From Planctomycetota bacterium (GTDB lineage: Bacteria; Planctomycetota; UBA1135; UBA2386): a DNA stretch of 64,000 nucleotides. The translations under genes were made by a program, and so were the position numbers. The DNA lies in the NCBI GenBank assembly GCA_965250175.1, contig CBDFNI010000009.1, positions 1,258,265 through 1,322,264 on the forward strand. The letters are read 5' to 3'. The notes beneath the pieces were generated by a model. It made no database searches, was not told the origin of the DNA, and saw nothing but the letters and a program-made list of their open reading frames with translations. Shown here piece after piece: positions 38,191-47,447 of this stretch (the first letter of the stretch is position 1; every line of letters starts with the position of its first letter).

Positions 38191-40143
38191 ATGCATGGGA
38201 AGATTCTGTTCCTCTTGGGCTTGGTCCTGCTTGTTGGTTTGGCAGTGGTTGCCATTCGCTCCAGCTGGGCATTGCCCGAAGGGGCTTTGGGGACGGCACA
38301 CCAGCTATTGCATGAGCAGGATGATCTACTTGCTGCTGAGGCTTTGCACGCCGAGGCATCAGGGACAGCGCAAGCTCCTGCTGATAAAGCTCGGCGTCAA
38401 GAATTGTCCAAGAATGCTGCAGGGGATAGCAAAAGCTTCTACTTCATCACTGGTCGTTGTGTGGCGGCGGAGGATGGTTTGCCCTTGCCAGGTTGCAAGG
38501 TGGTTCTAAACGATCGCTGGAACTTGAAGTTGAATCTGGACGCCATTCCCCTGCATTTTCCCCAGACCGTTAGTGATGAGCATGGTTTCTTCCGTCTGGA
38601 GCTACAGTGGGAAAAACATCGGCATCCGCCGTTGGTCTTCTTTGCCCCACACCGGGTCACGTTGGCGATCAATTCATGGAAAGTCGATGAACGTGAGCAA
38701 TGGGAATTGGGGGATGTGGCATTGCCACTTGGCTCCAGAGTTCGACTTCAAATTTTGGACCAAGGCAGCCTGCCGGTTCGGGGAGTGCAAGTCACTCTCA
38801 TATATCAGGGTGATCTTGCGCCGCTCGTTAAATCCAAAGCAGAGCCCTTGAGAACCATTCAGGATTTCAGCGATGCTGCCGGAGTCGTACACTTTGGCCA
38901 GAATAGTTTGTCCCCAGGGGACTGGAAGATTCGTGTCTCCGAGTTTCAGCCGCCGAAAGAGTTTCCTGCGCTTAGCATCCTTCCCGGGCAGAAATCGGTA
39001 GAGCGCACTCTTGTGTTGGAAGTGCCATCCAAAGACATCGTTGCTGGGGTGATCATGGATGAAGAAGGAAAGCCAATGGCTGGTCGAACTTTGCAGGTTT
39101 CATGTCAGCGCGCCAGGCGCCTCCGTCCTGGCTCGAACACCATTTACATGTCTACCAAAATTCTTGCAGACGGGTTCTTTCGAGTGCAGCGCAGCGGCGA
39201 GAAGGAGCCGCAAAGTTTGCATGTTGTGGACCAGCCGGAATATGAAGAGTTGCACTTTCCTGGTCCTCTGCCCTGGGGGCGGACAGACCTGCATTTGGTC
39301 ATGCACAAGAAGGCAAGGCCGGATCCCCAGTTCCACTTGCGGGTATTGGAGGCATCAACCGGCAAGCCAGTGTTGGGCTATGGCCTGCGATTCTATGCTT
39401 CACCCTGGACTTCAAGTCCGTTGCAACGTCCTCAAGCTGAAGCTGCTGCCAAGAAAGTGATATTGCATGGCCGCCATGAGGATGGACGTGTGAGTCTGGC
39501 TTGCTTGCCGGAATACTCCCATGCCTTGACCATATATCCACATAAGAAAAACCTGGCTTGCAACGGCATTGCTTTTGTAGATACAGCTGCGTCTGGAGAT
39601 ACGGACTTCACCTTGTTGCTTTTTCCCAAGGTGAAGCAGTCGGTGCGATTGCTTCACACAGATGGGCAGCCCGTTGTTGGCTGTGAAGTGCAGTTGCTGC
39701 GATGGATGTCCAGAAATACAGGCGGGCCAAGCATCAATGCTATGCTGCACGGATTCATCGTTCCTGTTGAGTATGCTTATCTGCCCAGTAGGCGAACTAA
39801 GGGATGGCCCAATTATTTGTCTACTATCTTGTTGCAGTATGATCGAGGGCTTACGGACCACGAGGGTAGGGTGCAATTGTCGGGTCCTGGGGACGGCCAG
39901 GCTCTATTGCTGTGGGCGCAGAGTGAGGATATGCAGCCTGCACTAGAAGAAGGGGTGCTGTTGCAGGATGGCGCGGCGGAACGGGTGATGACCGTTGTTT
40001 CCTCTGCGAAGCTATCCATTCAGTTACATCCCAATGAACATTGGCAACGCATTGTCAATGCCGTGGGATGGGAAGCCGAATCCAGGCAGGCTGCGATTGC
40101 GCAGTGCAAAGACCGGCAGATATGTTCCCAATTTGGTTGGTGA
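38191..40143 (+). CDS. large secreted repeat protein, paralog copy 1, main part (frameshifted gene)
   Basis: Signal anchor MHGKILFLLGLVLLVGLAVVAIRSS; carboxypeptidase-regulatory-like (transthyretin-fold) motifs (ITGRCVAAEDGLPLPGCKVVL); ~50% identical to copy 2; the frame is lost at ~40050-40075. Confidence 0.55.
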   Translation: MHGKILFLLGLVLLVGLAVVAIRSSWALPEGALGTAHQLLHEQDDLLAAEALHAEASGTAQAPADKARRQELSKNAAGDSKSFYFITGRCVAAEDGLPLPGCKVVLNDRWNLKLNLDAIPLHFPQTVSDEHGFFRLELQWEKHRHPPLVFFAPHRVTLAINSWKVDEREQWELGDVALPLGSRVRLQILDQGSLPVRGVQVTLIYQGDLAPLVKSKAEPLRTIQDFSDAAGVVHFGQNSLSPGDWKIRVSEFQPPKEFPALSILPGQKSVERTLVLEVPSKDIVAGVIMDEEGKPMAGRTLQVSCQRARRLRPGSNTIYMSTKILADGFFRVQRSGEKEPQSLHVVDQPEYEELHFPGPLPWGRTDLHLVMHKKARPDPQFHLRVLEASTGKPVLGYGLRFYASPWTSSPLQRPQAEAAAKKVILHGRHEDGRVSLACLPEYSHALTIYPHKKNLACNGIAFVDTAASGDTDFTLLLFPKVKQSVRLLHTDGQPVVGCEVQLLRWMSRNTGGPSINAMLHGFIVPVEYAYLPSRRTKGWPNYLSTILLQYDRGLTDHEGRVQLSGPGDGQALLLWAQSEDMQPALEEGVLLQDGAAERVMTVVSSAKLSIQLHPNEHWQRIVNAVGWEAESRQAAIAQCKDRQICSQFGW

Positions 40144-40915
40144 GGGTGAGGTGTCCAAAGGAGGGAGTATTCAGGTCAGCAGTCTGCCACCTGGGACTTA
40201 TGACATAGAACTGAGCTTGCGACTGCCACCGACCTACATCGAGCAGCGGGTGATTCTTGATGGGCCCTGGGAGGTGCAGGCAGGGCAAAAACGCAGCGTG
40301 GAGTTGGATATCAGTCACTTGGTTCCTGTGAATCTAACTGGGGAGGCAATGCTCAATGGGCGGCCTCTGGCCGAGGGAGAATTCATCCTGCGACGTTGTC
40401 AGCCAGCGGCTTCTCGAAGGGAGAAACCTAGAGGAATGAGAACGCGGCTGGTTGACTTGAAACTGAAGACCGATGCTCAAGGTGCTTTCAGCATGGAGAA
40501 TGCTGTACCCGGCGAATATGAGGCCGTCTTGCGGGTCGCGCGCTCCGGTCCTGTCAGGGAGATCGTTGCGGTGGACAAAGTTGTATTGCTGCCCGGCGAG
40601 AGTCGTCATGTCCTGTTTGTCTTCACCAAGACCCGAGCCCGGATTCGGATTCTATCTGCAGATGGAAAGCAAGCCCTGGTCAACCGCCGGGTTTCCTGGA
40701 GAGTGAAGGGGATCTTTTTCTACCAACCGTTCAAGGATCCTACTGACGACCAAGGCCTGCTTGATATTCCGGTGCTGCCTGCTGGGGAGTTGGAGTTCCA
40801 GCTCATGCCAGTTCCAGGTAAGAGCAATAGTGTTCCCTTGGGCATGTTGATTGTGCCTGTGGGCCAGGCGGACTTCACCGCGGAGCTGCGGGCGCCGGCA
40901 GAGGAAGGCAAGTGA
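39995..40915 (+). CDS. paralog copy 1, C-terminal part in the +1 frame
   Basis: From ~40072 (GKPNPGRLRLRSAKTG...) it aligns with the copy 2 C-terminal third (GHLRLRSAKTG...PGTYDISLSF...VVDISHLVP...). Confidence 0.5.
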   Translation: MFPLRSYPFSYIPMNIGNALSMPWDGKPNPGRLRLRSAKTGRYVPNLVGEGEVSKGGSIQVSSLPPGTYDIELSLRLPPTYIEQRVILDGPWEVQAGQKRSVELDISHLVPVNLTGEAMLNGRPLAEGEFILRRCQPAASRREKPRGMRTRLVDLKLKTDAQGAFSMENAVPGEYEAVLRVARSGPVREIVAVDKVVLLPGESRHVLFVFTKTRARIRILSADGKQALVNRRVSWRVKGIFFYQPFKDPTDDQGLLDIPVLPAGELEFQLMPVPGKSNSVPLGMLIVPVGQADFTAELRAPAEEGK

Positions 40916-40957
40916 GGTCAAAGCTTGGACAACCATCCTCTGCCAACGAGGGACGTC

Positions 40958-41500
40958 ATGATGAATAGGAGAGTCCTGCTGCTGTTGGCTTTGTTCCTGT
41001 GCTTGGGTTTGACTGTTGTGGTCATTCGTTCCAGCGGGACTTTTCCAGAAGGAGCTTTGGAGACGTTGCCGCAGAATGCACAGGAACAAGAGGCTTCTCT
41101 TTCGGCTGAGGCTTTGCTAGCTGAGAAATCTGCGGAAGAGCAACTTGTCACAACGAAGGGTCATCGACAAAGGATCGACAAGGATGAGAAACCGGCAATA
41201 GATCCGAAACATTTCTACCTCCTCCACGGCCGGTGCATTGCGGCAGAGACGGGTTTCCCCTTGTCGAACTGCAAGGTGTTGCTCAATGTCAATCAATCTG
41301 TCTTGCGTGACCCGGAGAACATTCCCAGTTGGGTTCAGCATGCTGTCAGTGATGATAAAGGCAAGTTCAGTCTGCGCCTGCGCAAGTACTCGAATCCACG
41401 ATTGATTCTATATGCGAAGGGCAGAGCCATCCTGGTTGCAATGCCCGGCAAGGTTCGGGAGCTCAGTGAGTTGGATATTGGTGATTTGTTCTTTCGCTAG
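40958..41500 (+). CDS. paralog copy 2, N-terminal part (frameshifted gene)
   Basis: MMNRRVLLLLALFLCLGLTVVVIRSS signal anchor; HGRCIAAETGFPLSNCKVLL motif; ends at an in-frame TAG where copy 1 continues. Confidence 0.5.
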   Translation: MMNRRVLLLLALFLCLGLTVVVIRSSGTFPEGALETLPQNAQEQEASLSAEALLAEKSAEEQLVTTKGHRQRIDKDEKPAIDPKHFYLLHGRCIAAETGFPLSNCKVLLNVNQSVLRDPENIPSWVQHAVSDDKGKFSLRLRKYSNPRLILYAKGRAILVAMPGKVRELSELDIGDLFFR

Positions 41501-41508
41501 GGGCTCGC

Positions 41509-43701
41509 GTGCAGATTCAAATTGTGGACCAAGAGAATCAAGCTGTCCGCGGGTTAAACATGTCCTTGAATGCCGAGCTGCCGGATGCGCGGCGTAGAGG
41601 GTTGGTGGTCGTGCCTTGGGCCAGGCTCAACTTCAGCAGTGATGCCAATGGCTTGGTGGACTCCGGATCACTTTGCCTGGCGGCGGGGGAATGGGTGTTG
41701 GCGGTTTCTGAATTCAAACCAGCGCAGGAGCAGGTCTTGAAAATTTCAGCGAACCAAACCTTGGCAACGAAAACGCTGATATTGCAGGTTCCCCATGCGG
41801 ACTTGATTGAGGGTGTGCTGCAGAGCGAAGGTGGTCAGGCTTTGGGCAAGCAAACCATGCAGCTTTCCTATGATGACTTACAGGGAAGGCGCGTCTTCTA
41901 TGTCGAGCACACTTTGGCAGATGGCTTTTTCCGTTTGCAACGTAGAGGCAAGCTAGTGCCAAAGGAATTGCATGTGGTGGATATCCCTGATTATCAGGAT
42001 CTACATCTACCCGGTCCTTTGCCTTGGGGTCGATCCGATCTGCGATTGGTAATGCAGAAGATGCGAGGGCCTGAATCCAAGCTTCACTTGCAAGTCGTGG
42101 CCGCAGAGACCGGTCATCCGGTGGAGCAATATGGTCTGCGTTTTTATATCTCTCCCTGGCGCGATGATCCCCTGCAGCGTCCCCATGCAGAGGGCGCCGG
42201 CGAAAAGGTGATTTTACAGGGTAGGCATGAAGCAGGGCAGGTGGACCTTCCTTGTCTACTTGGATCGACTTATGCCTTGACCGTTTACCCCGAGGACAAG
42301 AGTCTGGCATGCAATGGTATTGCTTTTGTGGACACCGCTGCCACAGGCGATACTCAATTCACCCTACAGCTCTATCCCCTGGTGTCGCAGTCGGTGCGAG
42401 TGCTGCATGGCGATGGCCGACCGGTATCTGGCTGCAAAGTGCAATTGCTCCGTCAGGTGGTTGAGATTCCTGACGGTTCAGGCCGACAGCATGTAATGCG
42501 TGGAGCCAAGCTATTGCTGAAAGACGCACGCTTGGCCAAGCGTGGTAGCTTTAGGATGAGTGGTCTTAGCATTAGCCGGAGCGTTTCCCTGGTATATGAC
42601 GAAGGCCTCACGGACAAAGAGGGTCGGGTGCTGCTTATGGGGCCAGCTGATGGGCAGCCTATGGACCTAATGGCGCAAAGCGACGAAGCGCAGCCAGCGA
42701 AGATAGAAGGTGTGCAGCTACAGAAAGGTGCCGCAGAAGTGCTGATGACCGTCATGACTTCGGCCAAGGTTTCCGTGCAACTCCAACCCAAAGAACTATG
42801 GCAACGACTGTCGCCGCAGCGGAAGGGGCGTTGGCAGATTGGTCATCTGCGCCTGCGGAGTGCCAAGACCGGTTATGAGTTTCCAGCTGGCACCAACGAG
42901 GGTGAGGTGTCCGTGGACGGCAACATCCAGATCAAAGATGTGTCGCCGGGCACCTATGACATTTCTCTCAGCTTCCGCATGCCACCTACCTATTACCCGC
43001 AGTGGGCAATCCTTGGTCCAGAGTGGGAGATCGGTGAAGGGGAACAACGCGACATGGTAGTGGACATCAGCCATCTTGTTCCCGCCAGCTTTGCTGGCCG
43101 AGCCATGGTGAATGGCAAACCAGTGGTAGAGGGGGATTTGACCCTGCGTCGATATCGACCAATGCCTTCCGGGACCAATCCGCGCCGTGGCAAGTCTGCC
43201 ATGCGAGTGGATATACCGGTGCAGACGGATTCCCTGGGTGCCTTCAGAATGGAGAACTTGATCCCCGGTGAGTATGAAGTGATCTTGAAGGTGATGCAGG
43301 GAAGGCGGCAGTATCCGGTCAGCAGCCAGAGCAAGTTCATGTTGGCGCCGGGCGAGAACCGCCACGAGCTCATTGTCTATTCCCGAACCGAAGCAAAGGT
43401 TCAACTGCAGGCCGGGGCGGCTGACATCTCTCTGGCCTATCGCCAAGTTGTTTGGCAGGCCCGCACCGGCCAGCTGCAAAAAAATGGGACGGGTCATTCT
43501 GATGCTGAGGGCATGTTGTTCATACCTGATCTGCGTGCAGGTGAGTGGCACTTCACCCTCTCCCCTGACCGGAGTCAGGTGAACTTGTTGGGCGGGAAAG
43601 CCAAGGGAGTCTCCTTGGGCACCTTGTTCGTGCCAGAAGGCTTGACTGAATTTACAGCGGAGTTGAAGGTGCCGGGGGAGGAACTCAGTGAGTCTCGATA
43701 G
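41509..43701 (+). CDS. paralog copy 2, main part (different frame, GTG start per ORF track)
   Basis: GARVQIQIVDQ aligns to copy 1 GSRVRLQILDQ and continues collinearly to the C-terminus; the frame change lies at ~41465-41490. Confidence 0.55.
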   Translation: MQIQIVDQENQAVRGLNMSLNAELPDARRRGLVVVPWARLNFSSDANGLVDSGSLCLAAGEWVLAVSEFKPAQEQVLKISANQTLATKTLILQVPHADLIEGVLQSEGGQALGKQTMQLSYDDLQGRRVFYVEHTLADGFFRLQRRGKLVPKELHVVDIPDYQDLHLPGPLPWGRSDLRLVMQKMRGPESKLHLQVVAAETGHPVEQYGLRFYISPWRDDPLQRPHAEGAGEKVILQGRHEAGQVDLPCLLGSTYALTVYPEDKSLACNGIAFVDTAATGDTQFTLQLYPLVSQSVRVLHGDGRPVSGCKVQLLRQVVEIPDGSGRQHVMRGAKLLLKDARLAKRGSFRMSGLSISRSVSLVYDEGLTDKEGRVLLMGPADGQPMDLMAQSDEAQPAKIEGVQLQKGAAEVLMTVMTSAKVSVQLQPKELWQRLSPQRKGRWQIGHLRLRSAKTGYEFPAGTNEGEVSVDGNIQIKDVSPGTYDISLSFRMPPTYYPQWAILGPEWEIGEGEQRDMVVDISHLVPASFAGRAMVNGKPVVEGDLTLRRYRPMPSGTNPRRGKSAMRVDIPVQTDSLGAFRMENLIPGEYEVILKVMQGRRQYPVSSQSKFMLAPGENRHELIVYSRTEAKVQLQAGAADISLAYRQVVWQARTGQLQKNGTGHSDAEGMLFIPDLRAGEWHFTLSPDRSQVNLLGGKAKGVSLGTLFVPEGLTEFTAELKVPGEELSESR

Positions 43702-43768
43702 TTGTTCGGCTATCCTTTGTCCCCTGTCCCATGCGTAACCGTCCAGCCTTCTTTGGCACCGCCTCTGC

Positions 43769-45268
43769 GTGGCGGAGATTTGTGCCAGTGTATCTGTGGC
43801 CTACCAGCGGCGGGAGCCGGAGAAATCGGTGCTCTACCGGGTGCTGGCAAATCATCTGCAGGACTTCATCCAGCAGGTCGAAGCGGACCCGGACCGATCC
43901 GGTCTACCGACCTTCGTCAAGCGGGAGCTGTTTGGCTACCTGGACTGCGGCTTGCTGAGCAAAGGCTTTGTCCGGGTCCATTGCCTGACATGTGGCAGGG
44001 ATGCTCTGGTAGCCTTCTCTTGTAAGGGCCGTGGCTTTTGTCCCTGCTGTGGTGGACGGCGCATGGCGGACATGGCGGCTCATCTGGTGGACCATGTGCT
44101 GCCGGCAGTTCGAGTGCGGCAATGGGTCTTGAGTCTGCCGCCGCAACTGCGCTACCTGTTGGCTTTCCACCCTGAGGTCTGCCGGCAGGTCCGGGGCATC
44201 TTCATGCGGTCAGTGCTGGGCTTTTATCGGCGCCGGGCTTTGCGCCAGCAGCAAGTGGATGGGCGCTGTGGTGCGGTGACAGTTTTGCAACGCTTCGACT
44301 CTGCTCTGCGCCTGGACCCTCACTTTCATGCTGTGGTTTTGGATGGGGTGTTTACGGGACTTGAGGAGGGGTCAGTGCCAAGGTTTCAGCGGGCAAAAGC
44401 CTTGCACGATAAGGAAGTTGCCTGGCTGTGCCGTCATGTGCGCCGCCTGATCCTTGGCCATCTGCAGCGGCGGGGGTTTCTGGATGCAGACGAAGGTCTG
44501 GCGACGGACAGTTTTGATGAGCACAACGCTCTGACGGTGTGCCAGGCAGCGGCAGTGCAGGGGAAGATCCCCTTTGGGGCGAGTGCTGGAGCACAGGTTA
44601 CTCAGTTGGGTCTGTTTGCGGAAATGTCGGCACAGGATGCCAGGGTTTCGTCAAACAAGAAACGGCTATGTACCGATGTTGGGGGCTTCTCCCTACATGC
44701 CGGGGTGCATGTGAAAGCAGGGAAGCGCAAAAAGTTGGAGCACCTGTGCCGCTACCTGCTCAGGCCTGCGGTGTGTGGTGAGCGTTTGACGATGACCCGG
44801 CGGGGGCAGGTGGTGTACCGGTTTCGGCATCCATGGCGCAATGGGACGCAGGCTGTGTTGATGAGCCCCATGACCTTCATCTCAAGGCTGGCAGCACTGG
44901 TGCCGTATCCGCGAGCGCATGTGCTGACCTACCATGGTGTGTTGGCGCCGGCGGCCAAGGGTCGGCGCAAGGTGGTACCGCCGTTGGTAGAAGCAGTAGG
45001 CAATGCAACCCGCTCCCTGCCGGATGCCAGCCGCAGGACATGGCTTGGTGGTGTGCGGCGCAGGCGGCTTTTGTGGGCGGAGTTGATGCAGCGGGTGTTT
45101 TTGCGGGATGTGCTGCAGTGTGATGCCTGCGGGGGCAGACGCAGGGTGCTGCGCTTTGTGCTGGAGGGGCGTGCGGTGACGCGCATCTTGCGGCACTTGG
45201 GTTTGCCTACTACAGCGCCACCGATTGCATCGGCTCGTGCATCACCGGGGATGTTGCCCTTTGCTTAG
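43769..45268 (+). CDS. IS91-family (Y2/HUH rolling-circle) transposase
   Basis: N-terminal zinc-binding HCLTCG...FSCKGRGFCPCCGGRRM and the HUH motif LDPHFHAVVLDGVF, both hallmarks of IS91/ISCR transposases. Confidence 0.7.
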   Translation: MAEICASVSVAYQRREPEKSVLYRVLANHLQDFIQQVEADPDRSGLPTFVKRELFGYLDCGLLSKGFVRVHCLTCGRDALVAFSCKGRGFCPCCGGRRMADMAAHLVDHVLPAVRVRQWVLSLPPQLRYLLAFHPEVCRQVRGIFMRSVLGFYRRRALRQQQVDGRCGAVTVLQRFDSALRLDPHFHAVVLDGVFTGLEEGSVPRFQRAKALHDKEVAWLCRHVRRLILGHLQRRGFLDADEGLATDSFDEHNALTVCQAAAVQGKIPFGASAGAQVTQLGLFAEMSAQDARVSSNKKRLCTDVGGFSLHAGVHVKAGKRKKLEHLCRYLLRPAVCGERLTMTRRGQVVYRFRHPWRNGTQAVLMSPMTFISRLAALVPYPRAHVLTYHGVLAPAAKGRRKVVPPLVEAVGNATRSLPDASRRTWLGGVRRRRLLWAELMQRVFLRDVLQCDACGGRRRVLRFVLEGRAVTRILRHLGLPTTAPPIASARASPGMLPFA

Positions 45269-46945
45269 CCCGGACTATTCACGAGTGTGCTGTTGATCGC
45301 GATTTTTTGGTCCTTGCTGGCCGGCATGGTGAAGAATCAAGGGGATTTGCTTTCGACACTCTGAAGTGAGCGTTGGCAAAGGTCCATGGGCCTGAAATAT
45401 CGCCGGAATGGCCACCTCCGTACAGTCCCGTGGCGCAGTAGATGCGATGCAGTTGGATTCCATTCGGCGCTACGCCGTCTTTGGTCTACCGCGAGCACTG
45501 ACAGCACATGCTGCACGCTCCCACAATTCTACCCATGGATAACATTTCGGCAGATGGACCACTACCCGACGCACTGATTCTTGTACGCGAGCTGCGACCT
45601 TGATCAACATTTCCCGAAATCGCCCTACCTGGGTGCGGCCTGCATCAGTCCGACGAAGGCGCCAGCGCAGCTCCTGGTAGAGCAGATACGCCGTAGCCGT
45701 CATCAATACTCGGAATTGATTGGCGATGTAGCTTGAGCAGCTTGTGCGATCAATGTCGAGATCATGCAGTAGTTCTTTGATGCGGTTCTCGGAATCACCT
45801 CGACCACGATAGATCTTGTACACGTTTTCCGGTGTGTGCCGAAGATTGGTGATCACAAATCGAGGATTCGACTTTGCACTTCTTCCTTCATACTGCAGCA
45901 CCTCAGCTTTGAGGATGACCCTCCGCTCGCGATTCCATGACTTTGCACGGTAAGCAGCCTCTCCAAAGAGTTGGATGGATTCGTTTTGGCGAGCAGAGAG
46001 CGTCTGGGCCATGGTCATCCAATCCTTGGCTTTCGCTTTGAGGACGCTGTTGCTGGCCATTGCGACCACATACTCGACTTTTAGATCTTCAAGCGCAGCG
46101 ATGATCCTTGGGTTTGCAAAGCCGCCATCTAACCGTACACGAATCTTTGCTTTCGGGAATCGGTACCTGAGCTCGGCGACCGTCCGCTGCAACAATGGAA
46201 TGCATCCTCGGTTTGCCGTTGAGTTCCCTGGTCGAAGCCGAGCGGAGAAGAGAAATTGATCTGGATGACCATCCACTGACAAAAAGCCAAGGAGAGGATG
46301 GAAACACCAGGTGTCGTAGTAGCCATTGAAAAAGCTGAATGCTTGCTGACCATGGGTGGGATCGTCAGTGGAATCAAAGTCGATGGTGATGCGCTTTGGT
46401 CGCCGATGACGCTTCTTGAGCAGACCAATAGCTTTCTTCTCCAGCCAACGTGTGGCTTGTACAGCCTCTTTTGCCGTGGGCATGTTTTCAAACCGGGATA
46501 ACGTCGGTTGCGATGCCAGCTGATCTTCGCCAAGTGCATCCATGCCGCTGATCATTTTCAGGATCGGGTCATTTGCCATTTTGGCTGCGTCGTTGCCATC
46601 GCTGTAGCCCATGGCGATGGAAAACACACGTTGCCGGAGAATCGTCAAAAAGTCGTGTGTTGTGCGGCCCGGATTGCGTCGATCGCAAAATTGAGCTGCA
46701 AGTCCGCTGGTCAGGCCGAGTTGCTGATCGAGCTGGCCAAGCAGGATTGCACCGCCATCGGAGCTTTGTCCTTCTGCGTCAAAGATGGGGACGACGGACT
46801 TCTTGGCGATGTCTGGAAGAATAACAGACTGTTGAGTAGGCTTGGCCATGCGGATTGTGGTGTCGTTTGTTCCAAGTAGCGTGTAGTTACCACTTAGTAC
46901 GAATGATCCACAGTCCGCGGTTTACCTATTCATGAATAGTCCAGG
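45269..46945 (-). mobile_element. IS1380-family insertion sequence (~1.68 kb)
   Basis: Terminal IRs CCCGGACTATTCA / CCTGGACTATTCA (46933-46945 reverse complement) flanked by 4-bp direct repeat TTAG (45265-68, 46946-49); the left TTAG contains the IS91 transposase stop codon. Confidence 0.75.
45470..46849 (-). CDS. IS1380-family DDE transposase
   Basis: ITIDFDSTDDPTHGQQ, VRLDGGFANPRII and the C-terminal Y(2)R(3)E(6)K-like IYRGRGDSENRIKEL align with ISEcp1-type IS1380 transposases. Confidence 0.8.
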   Translation of the reverse strand: MAKPTQQSVILPDIAKKSVVPIFDAEGQSSDGGAILLGQLDQQLGLTSGLAAQFCDRRNPGRTTHDFLTILRQRVFSIAMGYSDGNDAAKMANDPILKMISGMDALGEDQLASQPTLSRFENMPTAKEAVQATRWLEKKAIGLLKKRHRRPKRITIDFDSTDDPTHGQQAFSFFNGYYDTWCFHPLLGFLSVDGHPDQFLFSARLRPGNSTANRGCIPLLQRTVAELRYRFPKAKIRVRLDGGFANPRIIAALEDLKVEYVVAMASNSVLKAKAKDWMTMAQTLSARQNESIQLFGEAAYRAKSWNRERRVILKAEVLQYEGRSAKSNPRFVITNLRHTPENVYKIYRGRGDSENRIKELLHDLDIDRTSCSSYIANQFRVLMTATAYLLYQELRWRLRRTDAGRTQVGRFREMLIKVAARVQESVRRVVVHLPKCYPWVELWERAACAVSARGRPKTA

Positions 46946-47040
46946 TTAGGTGGGTAGGCTTGGCTGAACGGCAACAAGCAGAACAGGGGGAAGGTAGTTG
47001 ACGCCAGCCAGGGGTGTGTACCAAGCCGGGAAAAAGCGGA

Positions 47041-47092
47041 CTTGGGGCGGAGGCAGGGTTGTGGAGATGGGGGAGGAGTGATGGAATGTGGC
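47041..47092. repeat. ~52-62 bp repeat, copy A (copy B at 62807..62868)
   Basis: CTTGGGGCGGAGGCAGGGTTGTGGAGATGGGGGAGGAGTGATGGAATGTGGC vs CTTAGGGCGAAGACATGGGTTGTGGAG(GTTGTGGAG)ATGGTGGGGGAGTGATGGAATGTGGC, ~85-90% identity. Confidence 0.6.
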
Positions 47093-47123
47093 GACCAAGA
47101 ATTCTGAACGGTGGTGTTTGGAA

Positions 47124-47447
47124 CTAAAAACCCTGGTTTGGAATACCTGTCCTCCAGGACGGCGCCTTCTTGCCAGAGTAGACATTGACCTGCCCTTCAA
47201 AGCCGCGCTCACTCTTTGACCAACCAATCTGGCTGGCCACGATGTCCAGGACACCGTCATTGTTCACATCGCCAGCGCCGCTCACTGATCTGCCTAGCAT
47301 ATCATTCCTTTTCTCACCCTCGATAGCCCAGAACGTTGAGCCGTTCTTTCCGGAATAGACAGCAAATCGACCTGCACCTCGAATTTCGTCGCTTGTGTAT
47401 GGGGTTCCATCTGGTTTGGAATACCTGTCCTCGTGCCGGTGAAACAC
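47124..47447 (-). pseudogene. FG-GAP repeat protein fragment
   Basis: SVSGAGDVNNDGVLDIVAS and SDEIRGAGRFAVYSG are FG-GAP motifs; 107 aa, bounded by identical 22-bp direct repeats CTGGTTTGGAATACCTGTCCTC (47134-47155, 47411-47432). Confidence 0.45.

Noticed and set aside
42796-43551. 251-aa minus-strand ORF
   Set aside because: Antisense inside paralog copy 2.
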